A DNA stretch of 64,000 nt, from assembly GCF_032062105.1 (NCBI RefSeq), contig NW_026935164.1, positions 248,001-312,000 of the forward strand. Reading direction: 5' to 3'. This DNA comes from Saccostrea cucullata. Lineage: Eukaryota. Positions 12,001 to 24,254 of the stretch are shown in pieces. Every line of letters begins with the position of its first letter. The first letter of the stretch is position 1. The notes beneath the pieces are model-generated. The model saw only the letters and a list, made by a program, of their open reading frames with translations, ran no database searches and had not been told where the DNA came from. Made by a program: the position numbers and the translations under genes.

Positions 12001-12424
12001 TGAAATAGAATTTGTTTATTATTAAAGAGCTGTATGAATATTTTCTTTTCACTAATAAGCGTAGCATTATAACAGCAAACAGTTGGAAAGGAAAATAAAT
12101 AAACTGTATAACCTATCCCCACCAATTAAACAACAATGACAACTGTCATTTCTCCTGACATAACAAGTACACATCCCATCACTCAGAGAATCACTATTCT
12201 CTCATGGGAAATAACACCTAGTAGATAAGACACCGAAAGCTAAACCCATGGTATACACAAAACAAATCTACCCAATTCCAACCTTAGGAATTGATACCAT
12301 GTACTAAATGTCCTCATGTCCTCAACAGACATAAAAATGGGACTTCCAGAGGATTATGCTTCATTAAAACAAACAAATAACATAAACACCACCCCCAAGA
12401 AATATATTTATCTTAGTTATTTTT

Positions 12425-15400
12425 CTAAGGAGAATATCGAGAAACGGATTTTATGAGCCTTCCTTTCCGCGAGAAAGCATCAGCGCGTCTCGATTGAACC
12501 GCATCCAGATCTGGCGATTTGTAAGCCAAAGGCTCAATTTCCTCCCGATCGCTCATAGTATCATATTCGGAATCTGAACTTCCATCATATAGACATGATT
12601 CGTCTTGGTCATTGTCAGAATCATATTGATTCTCTGCAATTCCGTCACCGTGCAGTTGCTTCAGGTGATCAACATGGACCACAACTGTTTTTCCTGTTGT
12701 TTCATGTTTTATCTCATAGGTTATGTCTGAGAATTTCCGAATAGCCCTGTAGGGTCCTGTCCAACCGGATCCTAATTTCTGGTTTGATTTTGGTGGGTAC
12801 CATCTCCATACCAGATCATCTATTGCAAACTCCCATGGCTTCAGTCTAACATCATGGTATCGTTTTTGTTTCTTAAAACTTGATTGCAAGTTTTCATGAA
12901 CAATACCATACGTAATTTCCATAGTATTGCGAGTCCATTCTACGTAAGAATGATAGCAGCCAAACTCTGTTGTATTTGTAGGAGTTGTACCAGCTATAAC
13001 ATCTATGGGCAGATTGATTTCTCTCCCTAACATGACCAAATTGGGAGTACATTTTGTACTCTCTGAAGCGTGGCACGGTAGGCCATCATTAAATATGGCA
13101 AGTGGCAAGTGATCATCCCAATTAGATCTGTTTTCATCGACAAAGATAGACAACATTTGCTGGAGTGTGCGGTTGAATCTCTCTACCATACCGTCGGATT
13201 GAGGGTGATATGGCGTGGTACGGGATTTTATTATCTCCAAGAGAGAACACAACTCAGCAAACAGTGCCGATTCGAATTCACGGCCTTGGTCGGTATGGAT
13301 TCTAAAAGGTATGGCTAAGCGGCATATTACTTCCGTTACAAGCTTATCAGCAACCGTCTGTGCTGTATGATCTTCTAATGCAAACGCCTCTTTCCATTTG
13401 GAAAAATAATCTCCAACAACCATAATGTATTGTTTTCTTTCTTTAGTTAACGGTAGGGGACCTAAGATGTAGATGACAAGACATTCCATAGGACCAAATA
13501 CTTCATGGTGTTGCATTGGGGACTTTCCTTGTCCAGGGCCTGGCTTTTTCTTTGAACAAGGTTGACAAGTTTGACACCAGCGTGCAACATCATCAGTCAT
13601 TCCTGGCCAATAAAAACGATTTCTGATAGAATGTAGAGTTCTCTCGCGTCCAAGATGTCCCGACGACTTACTGTTATGCAAATGTTGCATAATTTCTCTC
13701 ATTATAGATTTTGGGGCAACTAACTGGAGACGACTTTCATTTTCATTTTCTTCCCATACTCTGTAGAGTATATCGTTTTCCAATTTAAGTCGCTGCCACT
13801 GGCGAAGCAATGTGTTTACTGTTGGCAAAGGATCATTTAATTTCGGTCGTTCTTTCTGATGAATGATAAGTTGCTTAACCTTTGATATCGCCATGTCTTT
13901 GTCCTGTTGTTCTTGTAAGTATTGAGGACTCCATTGTTCTACCCAATTGGATTCGGTTCTACTAGCCTTGGTAATGTCTGAATCTTGAGTAGCTGCTGAG
14001 CTCAAAGCATTGACTGAGCATTTTCCGGATGAGCATTGGTTGCATCCTTCTCTTTTGCAACGTTTCCTTGGTTTCCTAGACAAGCCATCTGCATTGCCAT
14101 GAAGACTCCCTTTTCTGTGTTCAATTTTGAAGTCATATGTTTCTAACAGAGATATCCAACGTGCAAGTAAACCTTCTGGCTCCTTAAATTCTTCAACCAG
14201 ATCAACGAAGAATGGCGGTTCTTAATAAAAAGGGTCTTCCATATTAATAGTGTCGGAATTGCTTGACAAAGGTTACGACTGCTAGTAGCTCTCGATACGT
14301 AGTGCAATATCCCATTTGGGTTCTGGATAGTGTCTTGCTGCTATAAGCAATTACTACTTCCTCTCCATTTTGCATCTGTGAAAGCACAGCTCCGACTCCA
14401 TATGTGCTAGCATCAGTATCCAATATAAATTCATCTGTTGGTGATGGATACGATAACACTGGTGCAGTTGTAAGGAGATGCTTTAAGATATTAAAAGCAT
14501 TTTCACATTCCTCTGACCATTCAAATTTTCTTTTCTTTTGTGTCAAACGGGTAAGCGGGTACGCGACATTCGAAAAATTGTTTATAAACCTGCGATAATA
14601 GGATGCAAGTCCTATAAAGCTGCGTAGTTCTGATACAGAAGTTGGAACGGGCCAATTCATTACAGCTGATATCTTATCAGGGTTACATCTAATACCTTCT
14701 TGGGATACAGTATGACCTAGAAATTTTACTTGCTCTTGAAACAAGGCACATTTCTTTGGTTTTAGTTTAAGATTCGCTGTACGAAGTCTGTCAAAGATGA
14801 CAGTCAGGACTCTAGAGTTTCTTCAAACTTGGCACCAAATGTTATGATGTCGTCTAGATAAACTAGACATTTCTCCCATTGTAGGCCAGATAGAACAGCT
14901 TCCATCAAGCGTTCAAATGTTGCCGGGCTATTAGATAAACCAAACGGTAACACTTTAAACTGGAATAGACCCCTGTGGGTTGCTAACGCTGTCTTGGTTT
15001 TATCAGATTCGTCCATGGCAACTTGCCAATATCCGCTAGCAAGATCGAGGGTACAGAAGAAAGCGCCGGAGAGTGTGTCTAGTGATTCGTTGATTCGTGG
15101 CAGGGGAGAGGCATCCTTAATCGTTACGTTATTTAGCTTTCGATAATCTACACAGAAACGTGTAGTCCCATCCCGTTTCTTCACTAGAACTATCGGCGCA
15201 GCCCAAGGTGAACTGCTTGGTTCTATTATATCAGCGTCAAGCATTTTGTCTATTTCTTGATCTGCTATAGCGTTTTGGTGCATAGGCAGACGCCTTGGTG
15301 GTAACTTGATTGGTTTAGCGCTGTCAGTATTGATCGTGTGTTTCACAAGGTCTGTACGCCCTAATGGGGTATTTGGTCCCATAAAAACGTCAGCACGACT

Positions 15401-15961
15401 TGCTAATGTGTTGCTTAACAGCTGGCGTTGCTGTTCAGTTAAGCTACTTGAGCTATTGTCGACCAGGGGCTGCAAAGAGTCGGGTAAGCTTGTCTCCACT
15501 GGACGGCTTTCTGTGACTCTGCTGTCAAATTCAGTTACAGATTCAATTGTTTGCACGGACGCCACGGTAGCATTTTTCTTAAGTATCACTGTTTCTGTTG
15601 TTGGATTTAGTACAGAGAAAAGCACTTTGTTATTCTGTACATTGACGACAGATTTTGGTAACAAAATTCGTTTATCATTGGAAAGCGGTTCTATCAATCC
15701 TTCCACACCATGTGGAAATCCACAATCCGTGCTTCCTTTCAAAAACATCTCGCATTTAGCTGGTATGCTAATCGTCTCTGTCACATGAATGCGTGCGCAT
15801 GTACTTTGTAATTTGTCCTCTTTTACTAAACCGATCTCACCAAAGAATGGTGAATGTAGTCGTCCTAGGTTCATGTCCATTATAGCCTCATATTTTGAAA
15901 GAAAATCAAGTCGGAGTATACCGGACAAATCTCCAAGTTGAGCAACAACAACAGTTGTCAA
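12425..15961 (-). pseudogene. Gypsy B pol (partial protease, RT, RNase H, integrase)
   Basis: SPWAAPIVLV, RFCVDYRKLN, LDLASGYWQV, YLDD, TDAS, YCTTYRELLA, HHCC zinc finger, TDQGREF, ERFNRTL, WTGPY; several frameshifts. Confidence 0.95.
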
Positions 15962-15989
15962 AAATTCCTTCCCATTAATACATAGAGAC

Positions 15990-16669
15990 TTGTTAGAATA
16001 ACAAGAATTTCAGTGTTTAAAGAATTAGATTCTATATTCTGTTGCAGTATTTACAATTTAACACAAACGATATGAAACAATATCATATAAAATCCAAGAA
16101 TGCAATAGTTACCATTATAGTAGAAATTTAGCCCCAGTCCACAAAAATACGTCTAATTGATAGTTAAAGATACTTCAGACTGCTGATTAAATAAATGTAC
16201 ATAACATATAATAATAGTAAATCCCGGCAGGGCACTATAGCCATTCTGTATTCTCTGCATTGTACACGTCCGGTTCTTTGTATTTTCTAAAACGATTGCT
16301 TCTTTTAGACCTGGGCGCGCCCAACCCGGACGGGTTATAAACAAAGGGGAATAACTCTAAACAACAAGTAATGACAAATAGAGGGAAATATGAATATACA
16401 TAAATACACTGTAATTACAAACACATATAATTAAATACATAAGTCCGAGTTCAGAAGGATAAAAGAATAACAAGAATTTCATACATTCTGTTGCAGTACC
16501 GGAAATAGTAGAAATTTAGCCCCAGTCCACAAAAATACGTCTAATTGATAGTTAAATACACTGATTAAATAAATGTACATAACATATACGGGTTATTAAC
16601 TAAACACATATAATTAAATACACTGTAATTACAAACACATATAATTAAATACATACAAAAACCACCACA
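15990..16669 (-). repeat. Rearranged 5' LTR region of Gypsy B
   Basis: One nearly complete LTR copy (15995-16440) followed by a multiply deleted second copy ending ACCACCACA at 16669. Confidence 0.8.
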
Positions 16670-16768
16670 CGTTTATCGCGTGTTGTATAATTCAGGTTGT
16701 CTTTCTTAGTATATCCACGATTCAACCCATTTAAAAAGTCAAGGTCATTGATAGTGACGTAATATTAT

Positions 16769-17356
16769 TTGTATTCGTCTGCATCTGTTAAACCGAATTT
16801 TGATAAAAGGGGATACATTTGTTGGAAATCATCTGAACTTAATCAGAGCTGTAAAGAAAACATTGTTACATTGATACAGGATGGTAAAAGTTTTCGTGAA
16901 GTTTTAAATTTATTGAAAATATCTAAATCAACTGTGTATAGTATGTGGAAAAAATTTAGGAGACATGGTTCCATTGAAAATAAACATAGGAGTGGACGCA
17001 GAAAGTTAGTGGATGAGTGTGCTGCACGGAGACTTGTTAGACAGACTCGGGTGGATAGAAAAAAGCCTTTATCGGACTTAACAAGGAAGTACAACGAAAA
17101 TGATCATTCCAATGTGCCAAAGAAGACTATCTGGCGTTGTTTGAGACGCAATGGTTACAAAAGTTGTGTGTATAAAAAGAAATACTGATCCAAGTAGCAT
17201 ATCGTGTGAAACGAGTGCAATGGTGTGCATGTAAAAGAAACTGGACGGTTGAAAATAACTGGAAAAATATAATTTTCTCTGACGAAAGTCAAATTGTCAT
17301 TGGAAATGACTATAGAGTACAGATATGGAGAAAAGGTGACGAATCTTGGCTGCCGG
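16769..17356 (+). pseudogene. Tc1 transposase, 5' part
   Basis: HTH region, HRSGRRK, WKNIIFSDESQI; frame broken at the CCGG Ginger insertion site. Confidence 0.9.
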
Positions 17357-17607
17357 TGTCGTATAGTGAGACTTCCCCCATAGTGAGGCTTCCCCCGGAA
17401 GGCTCACTATATAGAGTCTTCCCCCCGAAAGGCTGGCTGTATAGTGAGCCTTCCCCCCGGAAGAATGGCTATATAGTGAGACTTCCCCCCGGAAAAATGG
17501 CTATATAGTGAGACTTCCCCCACGGAAGTTTCACTATATAGCCGTTCTTCCGGGGGGAAGGCTCACTTTATAGCCAGCCTTCCCCCATTCATAGCGAGAC
17601 TTCCCCC
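17357..17607. repeat. Ginger left TIR / subterminal repeat array
   Basis: Repeated (C)TATATAGTGAG(A/C)CTTCCCCC motifs in both orientations. Confidence 0.88.
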
Positions 17608-19837
17608 TCTTATTATAGTTTCCGGAACATTGTGATTGTTTTATTATTTAAAAAAATTCTAACAGTGTTAATTTATGACGAAATTATCTTCCATATATAT
17701 ACATGTATTTATATATTTATTTTATATGCATGAACAGTTTGAATATCGTTTTAACTGTTTGATATCCATTATAACATATGCATGTACATTGAGATGATAT
17801 AATAATATATAATATGTATACCCTTTCCTTTACATGTATTGATAACGAATAATTTTATTAGTTCACGAGTCACTTATATGAAATGTTCTGATTGTTTTCA
17901 GCATTTGAATAAAAAAAATTGATAGCATAGTTTTGTTTGTTTGTTTTTCTGTTTGTGTACAAACATTAGCTATTTACACATTAGATATGGTTCAACCGAT
18001 TTAATAAAAAATGTAGCGAAAAGAAGAAAAATTTCTAGTACTTTAAGACTATGCGAGAAATAAAATCATTGTGCTCGAATGTGAAAAATAAAACATGCAT
18101 TCCAAATCTATGATTTTCTTAGTTCCTAACTATATTTATCGAAAGTTTCATGTACATTAAGTTTAAAGTCATATACGCTGTATGAACGCTGAATTTTGTG
18201 TGAAACAAAATGATTAATGATTCAAAACACATGAAGTGTAATGAAAATTAATACTTTCCACAAAATTGTACTATAGATGTCGTTGTAATAACAAAACAAT
18301 TAAACATATCTGGGAATTAAGAATTCAGTCTTTTCATGAATATTGATGAAGGCAGTGCGTAAACAGTAGGCCTATATATAGAAACACATGTTCACGGGAA
18401 ATCACAGACGAGGTTTTTTGCATTTTGACAACAATTATTAATATTAAGGTCAATATGCGTCATAATTGAGAAGATAGTTGATACTGAATACATTAAAAGA
18501 TAAGTACCATTAAGAGTAAGACGCTTGCCATCCACGTGAAAAGTGAGTAGTATCTCAAACGGCCTATCTTGTTTTCTTTACGCCACGTGTGTTTATCAAT
18601 CTAAAAGTAGCGACGGCATCACGTGATGGATTTATTTAAAAATAGCTATTTTTCTTTCCTTGCAGGATAATAAATAATTACAATTTGATAACTTTGTAAC
18701 GCGTTTAATTTTAATGGTGTAATTTACAGTATTTTCGTAACTTTTATTGATAAACAAATGATATCAATTTCCAATCGTATTTTAACTGGCGCAAGTTATA
18801 GCGTGTATACTTTTAAATCTACTTTAAGGATAATTTTAAGCATCATTTAATAGATATGCTGAAATGTAAAATTGATTGGAAAATATTTCATTTACTTTAT
18901 CCACAGGGACGTTTACAATATTAAAGACTTCATAGATCAGTGGTTCGACAAAAATTTACACTACAGCACATAAATCTCAGATTTTTATGAAAGGTCCGTA
19001 ACTGATCATGATTCAATTTGCTGAAATCACGAGAGAGTCAGCGATTTGAGCGCCGTGGTCGTTTTTCTCCAATTGACGAAAACCAGTATGCACGCATTTT
19101 ATAAAACAAACTTTAAAGTTATTACAACTTTTTATATTAAATATAAGCAGATAAAACCCGTTTTAATAACAACAAATATTGGAAAAGTAATAGTTCATCG
19201 ATTTTCTTGAAATAATATATTATTTAACTCAGGATCAGAGGCGCTTAGATTTATTTTTATTAAACACATATATTTCAGAACATATACGTAATTTTATTTA
19301 ACCTAACTAAGGAATTTAAAATAAAAAAAAATACAATATAGGAATGACTAAAATATACATGTTTAATATGTATTTTGCATAATTTTATTGAATATCTCCT
19401 CCCCCTCTCTCTCTTTCTCTACTAATATATGTACATGTATTTCTCTCATTGTGATTTTTTTTCAATTCTGTCTGTCCGTTCGTAATACAGTCCATGTTTT
19501 TCGTTTTGTCTATTCCTTTTTTTCATTTTCTTCGTCCGCTGTGTGTTATTGCGAGTTAATTAATTAGATAACTAGTATTAAGAAGGAGTACTCTTTACAT
19601 GTAGGATTTTGAACCAAATATCGCGGAGGTACGTTCATACTCCCTAGCTCCTGACTTTGTCATGATGATCTAGCCTATGAATATTTCGCAAATATAATTA
19701 ATTTGATATGGAATATTTTTAAATAAAAAAAAAATAAATCTTATATTTATGCAAAGACAATAAATTTGATTTTAAAAAACATTTTTTTAACAAACATTTT
19801 ATTTCATTTGCATGTTTATTTCATAAGATGCTCATGT

Positions 19838-20208
19838 TCAGTCAGTAGACGCTGCCTGGTGATGGTCATCAAGATGATCTCCAAAGCCCATCAATCCAAA
19901 TAAAGCCCGGAAACTTCCAACGAATTGGAAGTATGCTCCAGGAATGTAAATATCGCCTGGCTTCACATATTTTATTCTGTTTTCAATTTCGAAGGTCAGA
20001 TCCAAAATAAAGTCTGCAAGCTCGTGGTCTTGGGGGTTATCATAGACACACATCAAATCCTCCAAAGCTTCGCCTAAGACAAGTTGGAAATAACAGTTCA
20101 TGTCGTTACCATCCATTTGTATTTGGTAAATATGGTACATTAGCAAATCCCTTATCCGTTGGATTTTTTGTTGAAAAGTATCATCACCTTCATAGTCTAG
20201 TCATTCTA
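19838..20208 (-). other. Candidate terminal coding exon of an unknown cargo gene inside Ginger
   Basis: Open frame of >100 codons, GC-richer than its flanks, preceded by acceptor-like TTCTCATTTTTCAG, with AATAAA downstream of the stop. Confidence 0.5.
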
Positions 20209-21482
20209 CTGAAAAATGAGAACTAATTGCAACAGTTTATATTTTAATGCAGATTTGTAGATAAGCTATTAGTAACTCACATATAAAAAGTTTAGAAAAA
20301 TTCACTTAGGGGAAAGTTGGGAAATCGAAAGATTAAAATTAGGGATCAGTATGAATTTAGAATTACCCATTTGCACACCGTACTTTTTCTATATGAGCTT
20401 TCTATGACAGACAGCCTGCAAACAATAGCCATTTAGCATTAAAAGTTGTTGTTTTAACCTGTAGTTTGTTATGCAATCAAAACTAAATAAAAAAATTATA
20501 TATTTTGATTTCCAAAGAAGTAAAGTTTGACTTGAAGTCTTCCAAAAAGTATGGAACGCTGTTTGTATTCACAATATACATGTATGTGAAATTCCTAAAT
20601 GTGAATGTGTTTACTTTCATTTTATTTGTAAACACCTGATGGATATTTATATCCCAGTAGTTTGCAATTTATACACAAGAATAAAAAATGTATGGAACAC
20701 AGTTAGTATACAAAATAAGTCAAAACAGCCTTTTCTAAAGAATTCTGCAAGGAAGCTTATCAGACAAGTACATACATGTAAAATGTATATCAGAGTTGTT
20801 AAAATTGCATCATCACAGAATAAATTTTGATTAAATATATAGAAAATTTATTGAAATTTATCATTTTGAAATAAAGAGTACAGAATTTATGGAATCACAT
20901 GAACAGGATTTGATTTGAAGGTTTCCAAGTTAAAAAAAATCAAATAGCTAATCCATTCAGGCATCTCCGGAACTTAAATTTAAACTGTGTGATTCAAACA
21001 ATTTTTTTTGCTCTCCAGATTTACTGCTTATTGCTTGTGTAAAGAGTAGTGAACCTTATATATAAAGCCAATTGATATTGACCTTTTTCTCTTTAAACAC
21101 TGCACCATGCATCTATGCATGTACAAAAGCTGCATTATGTTTATAGTAATGGAAATAACTCAAATGGAATCATTTAGACAGAATTAAATGTTAAAATGCT
21201 CTTTTTTTAAAATTCTTAATGTAACTTTTTAACAAAATGTTTTACACCCATTTTTAAAAACTTAACTTCTCCTTGTAGATCATATGGTCATTTTTGCAAC
21301 AGTAAAATGCCTGATGTGGCAATTATTGAAGCTCCATTTTATGGGGACTGGTGATAACGGCGTTTCCATGAGCATGCTTTAGAATGTGAACAATCTGGAA
21401 CACTTTCAAAGTCACTTCTTAATAAGAGCAACATTGAAAAAAGAAAAGTAGATGGACGTGAATCTTTCTACTATAATTTTAT

Positions 21483-21757
21483 ATTGTTTAATGTCTCGAG
21501 AATTTTTCGTGCATATGGAGGCGCCACCACTTGTCAGTGGAGAGCTGCACATTTTGTTCTATACTCAGCACTTAGGGCCATTAAGCAGTGAGGGTTCTTT
21601 TTCGCACCAGTGCCTACTGCGACACGGGACCTTGGTTTATACGGTCTTATCTGACGGTCTCCACATCCCACAGTGGGATTCGAACCCGCGACGTAAGGAT
21701 TGACTCCTTACTTCGCAACTCTAGAGCAGATGCTCTAACTCCTGCACCATGCGGGTG
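21483..21757 (-). mobile_element. tRNA-derived SINE inside Ginger
   Basis: Reverse complement of the head (GGTTCGAATCCC), core and tail of the 8168 SINE. Confidence 0.85.
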
Positions 21758-24254
21758 AATTCCTAGATTAAAGCCAAAGTCTCACATGTATATATAATTT
21801 CTATTATTGTTAGGATAACATATTTGGGGAAAATATAACAACAATTACATATGAATTTGAACAAGTAAAAATTGACTACCAGTATCTACCAAGAGTTTAA
21901 CATTTAATTCTTCCTTGAAACAAATACTTGGCTTGCTCTCTTCTACTTCATTCCATTAGTGTAAGTGCTTTAATTTGACCTTAGATTTTTTTTTATCAAT
22001 AAGAATAAAATAATATACTGTGTGCTTTCAATTGCCCCCACCCTCTTCAAGTAACATTACATAGCAACAGTTTGAAATACATTAAGATTTAAGAAGGGTA
22101 ACAATATAATAATTATTAACTGCGCAGAACCTTTGCGCGCACATTTCACAATATTTTGTACCCAGTGCAATTTAATTACTCTTGATACGGCTACATCTTG
22201 GTCAACAATGATCATAATTTCAAGAGATAACAATTTCAGATTTTATCCTAAAACGTGTCTTATCTTCATATTATTGAATGTAGTTGAGGGTATAATTACA
22301 CTGAAAAAAATCTTGAAATATTTTTTGGAATATCACCATCCATGAAGCAACATTGACTGCATATTGCTATGCTCTTTTCACACAGGAGAGCGTGGTTTCA
22401 TTATATGGAGGGTAAAAAAATACATTGATCAATGTTGATCCACTTGATATGAGTAAGATAACACTTTTATTAAAGTCATGAAAAGAAATACCCTGTAGGG
22501 TACTCGGGTGTGGAGTGGGTTCAAGTTCTGATCAAACAAGAACCATCATACTCATTATAGTGTACAAGCACTTTATGGTACTGAAACAGAGTATTTTTTT
22601 TTTATTTCTGAGCATTTTATACAAGTTACCAACCAATCATATTGCAGGGACTCAAAACTGGTGTCACATGTTGAAAGAAAATTTTCTGAAGGGTGGACAA
22701 CACAACTACAATGTAATCTATGGGGAACTGCTTTGCTGTGCGTAAAAAAATTCAGATTTTAGAATATTTTTTGACAAAAAAAAAAACAATTAACAACCTA
22801 CCTAATCCAGAATAAAAACATATAAATTTATTTCGGGGAGGAATGGGGTTCTATGAGATCTTCCGACAATTTTCTTCATATACGGGGTAAACCTTTCAGT
22901 TACAAGAGGGATTCATTTTTTTTTGGGGGGGGGGGGGCATTTTCTGCTAGTTTTCCATAAAAAAAATCTTATTGGGGGATGTCCCCTGACCCATCTAAAT
23001 CTGCTCCTAATTATTTTCGGATATTACCTTTCATATGAATTAAAACATTTTTATTGTTTCTTAACTTTTGGTGATTAAGTATATTCGTGCTATACTTAGC
23101 ATTGCTAAATGACGATTTTTTTCATGTAAAATGCATTTATCATGTATCCATGGCTACCACCTATTTACATTAATCTTCTAAATAATTTCTTTGAAGCATT
23201 TATGGCAAAAGAATGGATCTTGAGTATGTGTGTAAACTAACTTAGTGACTGTATTTGTGTTTGTCAAGGTTCATTGTTCAAAAGTATGTGATATTCTCAA
23301 TCTATACTGTTTCCATGGCAACCAACACATATAGTATCCAATATTTGATATTTTTCCAATTCAGTTTATTCAGTTAAGTTTATTTCCCTAAACTTACATG
23401 TTTTTTTAAACCAGTATAGAAGTTTCTACTTTACATTGTTCCTTTAATACATGTACTTAATCAAAGTGAACATAATACGTCCCAATAATGACCTCATTTT
23501 TTAAATTTTCCCATGTATAAATTTTTCTAAACTTTTTGTTATATATTCAGATCATATCATAGATTGATTAAAACTAAGTTTTGAAACTGTTGCAATTAGT
23601 TCACATTTTGATGGAAAATTTGATAATTTGACTAGACTATCAATATGAAGTATTTTGACATAGTTTCGTAGAAACAAACGTCGTCCAATTGGTTGGCAAG
23701 ATATTTCTCTTGCGTACATTTTCTTTAAGATGCTCATTATGGCAATAATCATACAGGATTTTGTTTTCAACATGTAAATGAAAAAACCGAGTTTGAGCTC
23801 CCTTTCAAAGTAAATGATCTCCCCTTGGTTGTCTTCGTAGTTCAATGTTGAAAGAATTAAAATGTTTATTCTGAATAAATGCCTGTTTCTCTCTTTCTGG
23901 AAGTATTTTTGTTTGTTCTTTTTTTTTAATAATAAAATTTCTCCTGACTCATACTGATACATTTTGTCTGAAATTTACTGCGGATTTTTATATTTCAAAT
24001 ACAATTTACATTTTATTAATTCATAATAATTCATGAATAAAAGGGTATTCATATTTTGATTTAACAATACACATTTATTAAAATAAGTGTGCATAAACAT
24101 TAGATGTTAGATATATAAACATTATATATAAATATATATAAATATTAATTTAATTCAATCAATTATCAGGGAATTTTTTTCTTAATTAAAATACCTATAT
24201 TTTACGTACCAAACGCTAGATCCTGTTATATTTAAAGTAATACACGTTGAGGAA

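Larger units (their letters stand above)
10438..16669 (-). mobile_element. Gypsy LTR retrotransposon B (gag deleted, extra 3' ORF)
   Basis: 3' LTR 10438-10894 preceded by PPT AAGGAAGGGGGAG; rearranged 5' LTR ~15990-16669; pol between them; no clean TSD. Confidence 0.9.

Noticed and set aside
11162-12125. Retroviral env in Gypsy B
   Set aside because: No signal peptide or TM anchor; the hydrophobic N-terminus of ORF 11640-12125 lies upstream of the splice acceptor and looks intronic
15306-15788. Antisense ORFs over pol, LINE and FERM exons (e.g. 15306-15788, 4303-4554, 59852-60146)
   Set aside because: Shadow frames of real coding sequence with no motifs of their own
10430-16675. Target-site duplication for Gypsy B
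   Set aside because: The flanks (CATG versus CGTT) do not match; the rearranged 5' end may have removed it
17357-17508. C-terminal extension of the Tc1 ORF 17206-17508 (and N-terminal ORF 27396-27626)
   Set aside because: Read-through into the Ginger terminal repeats
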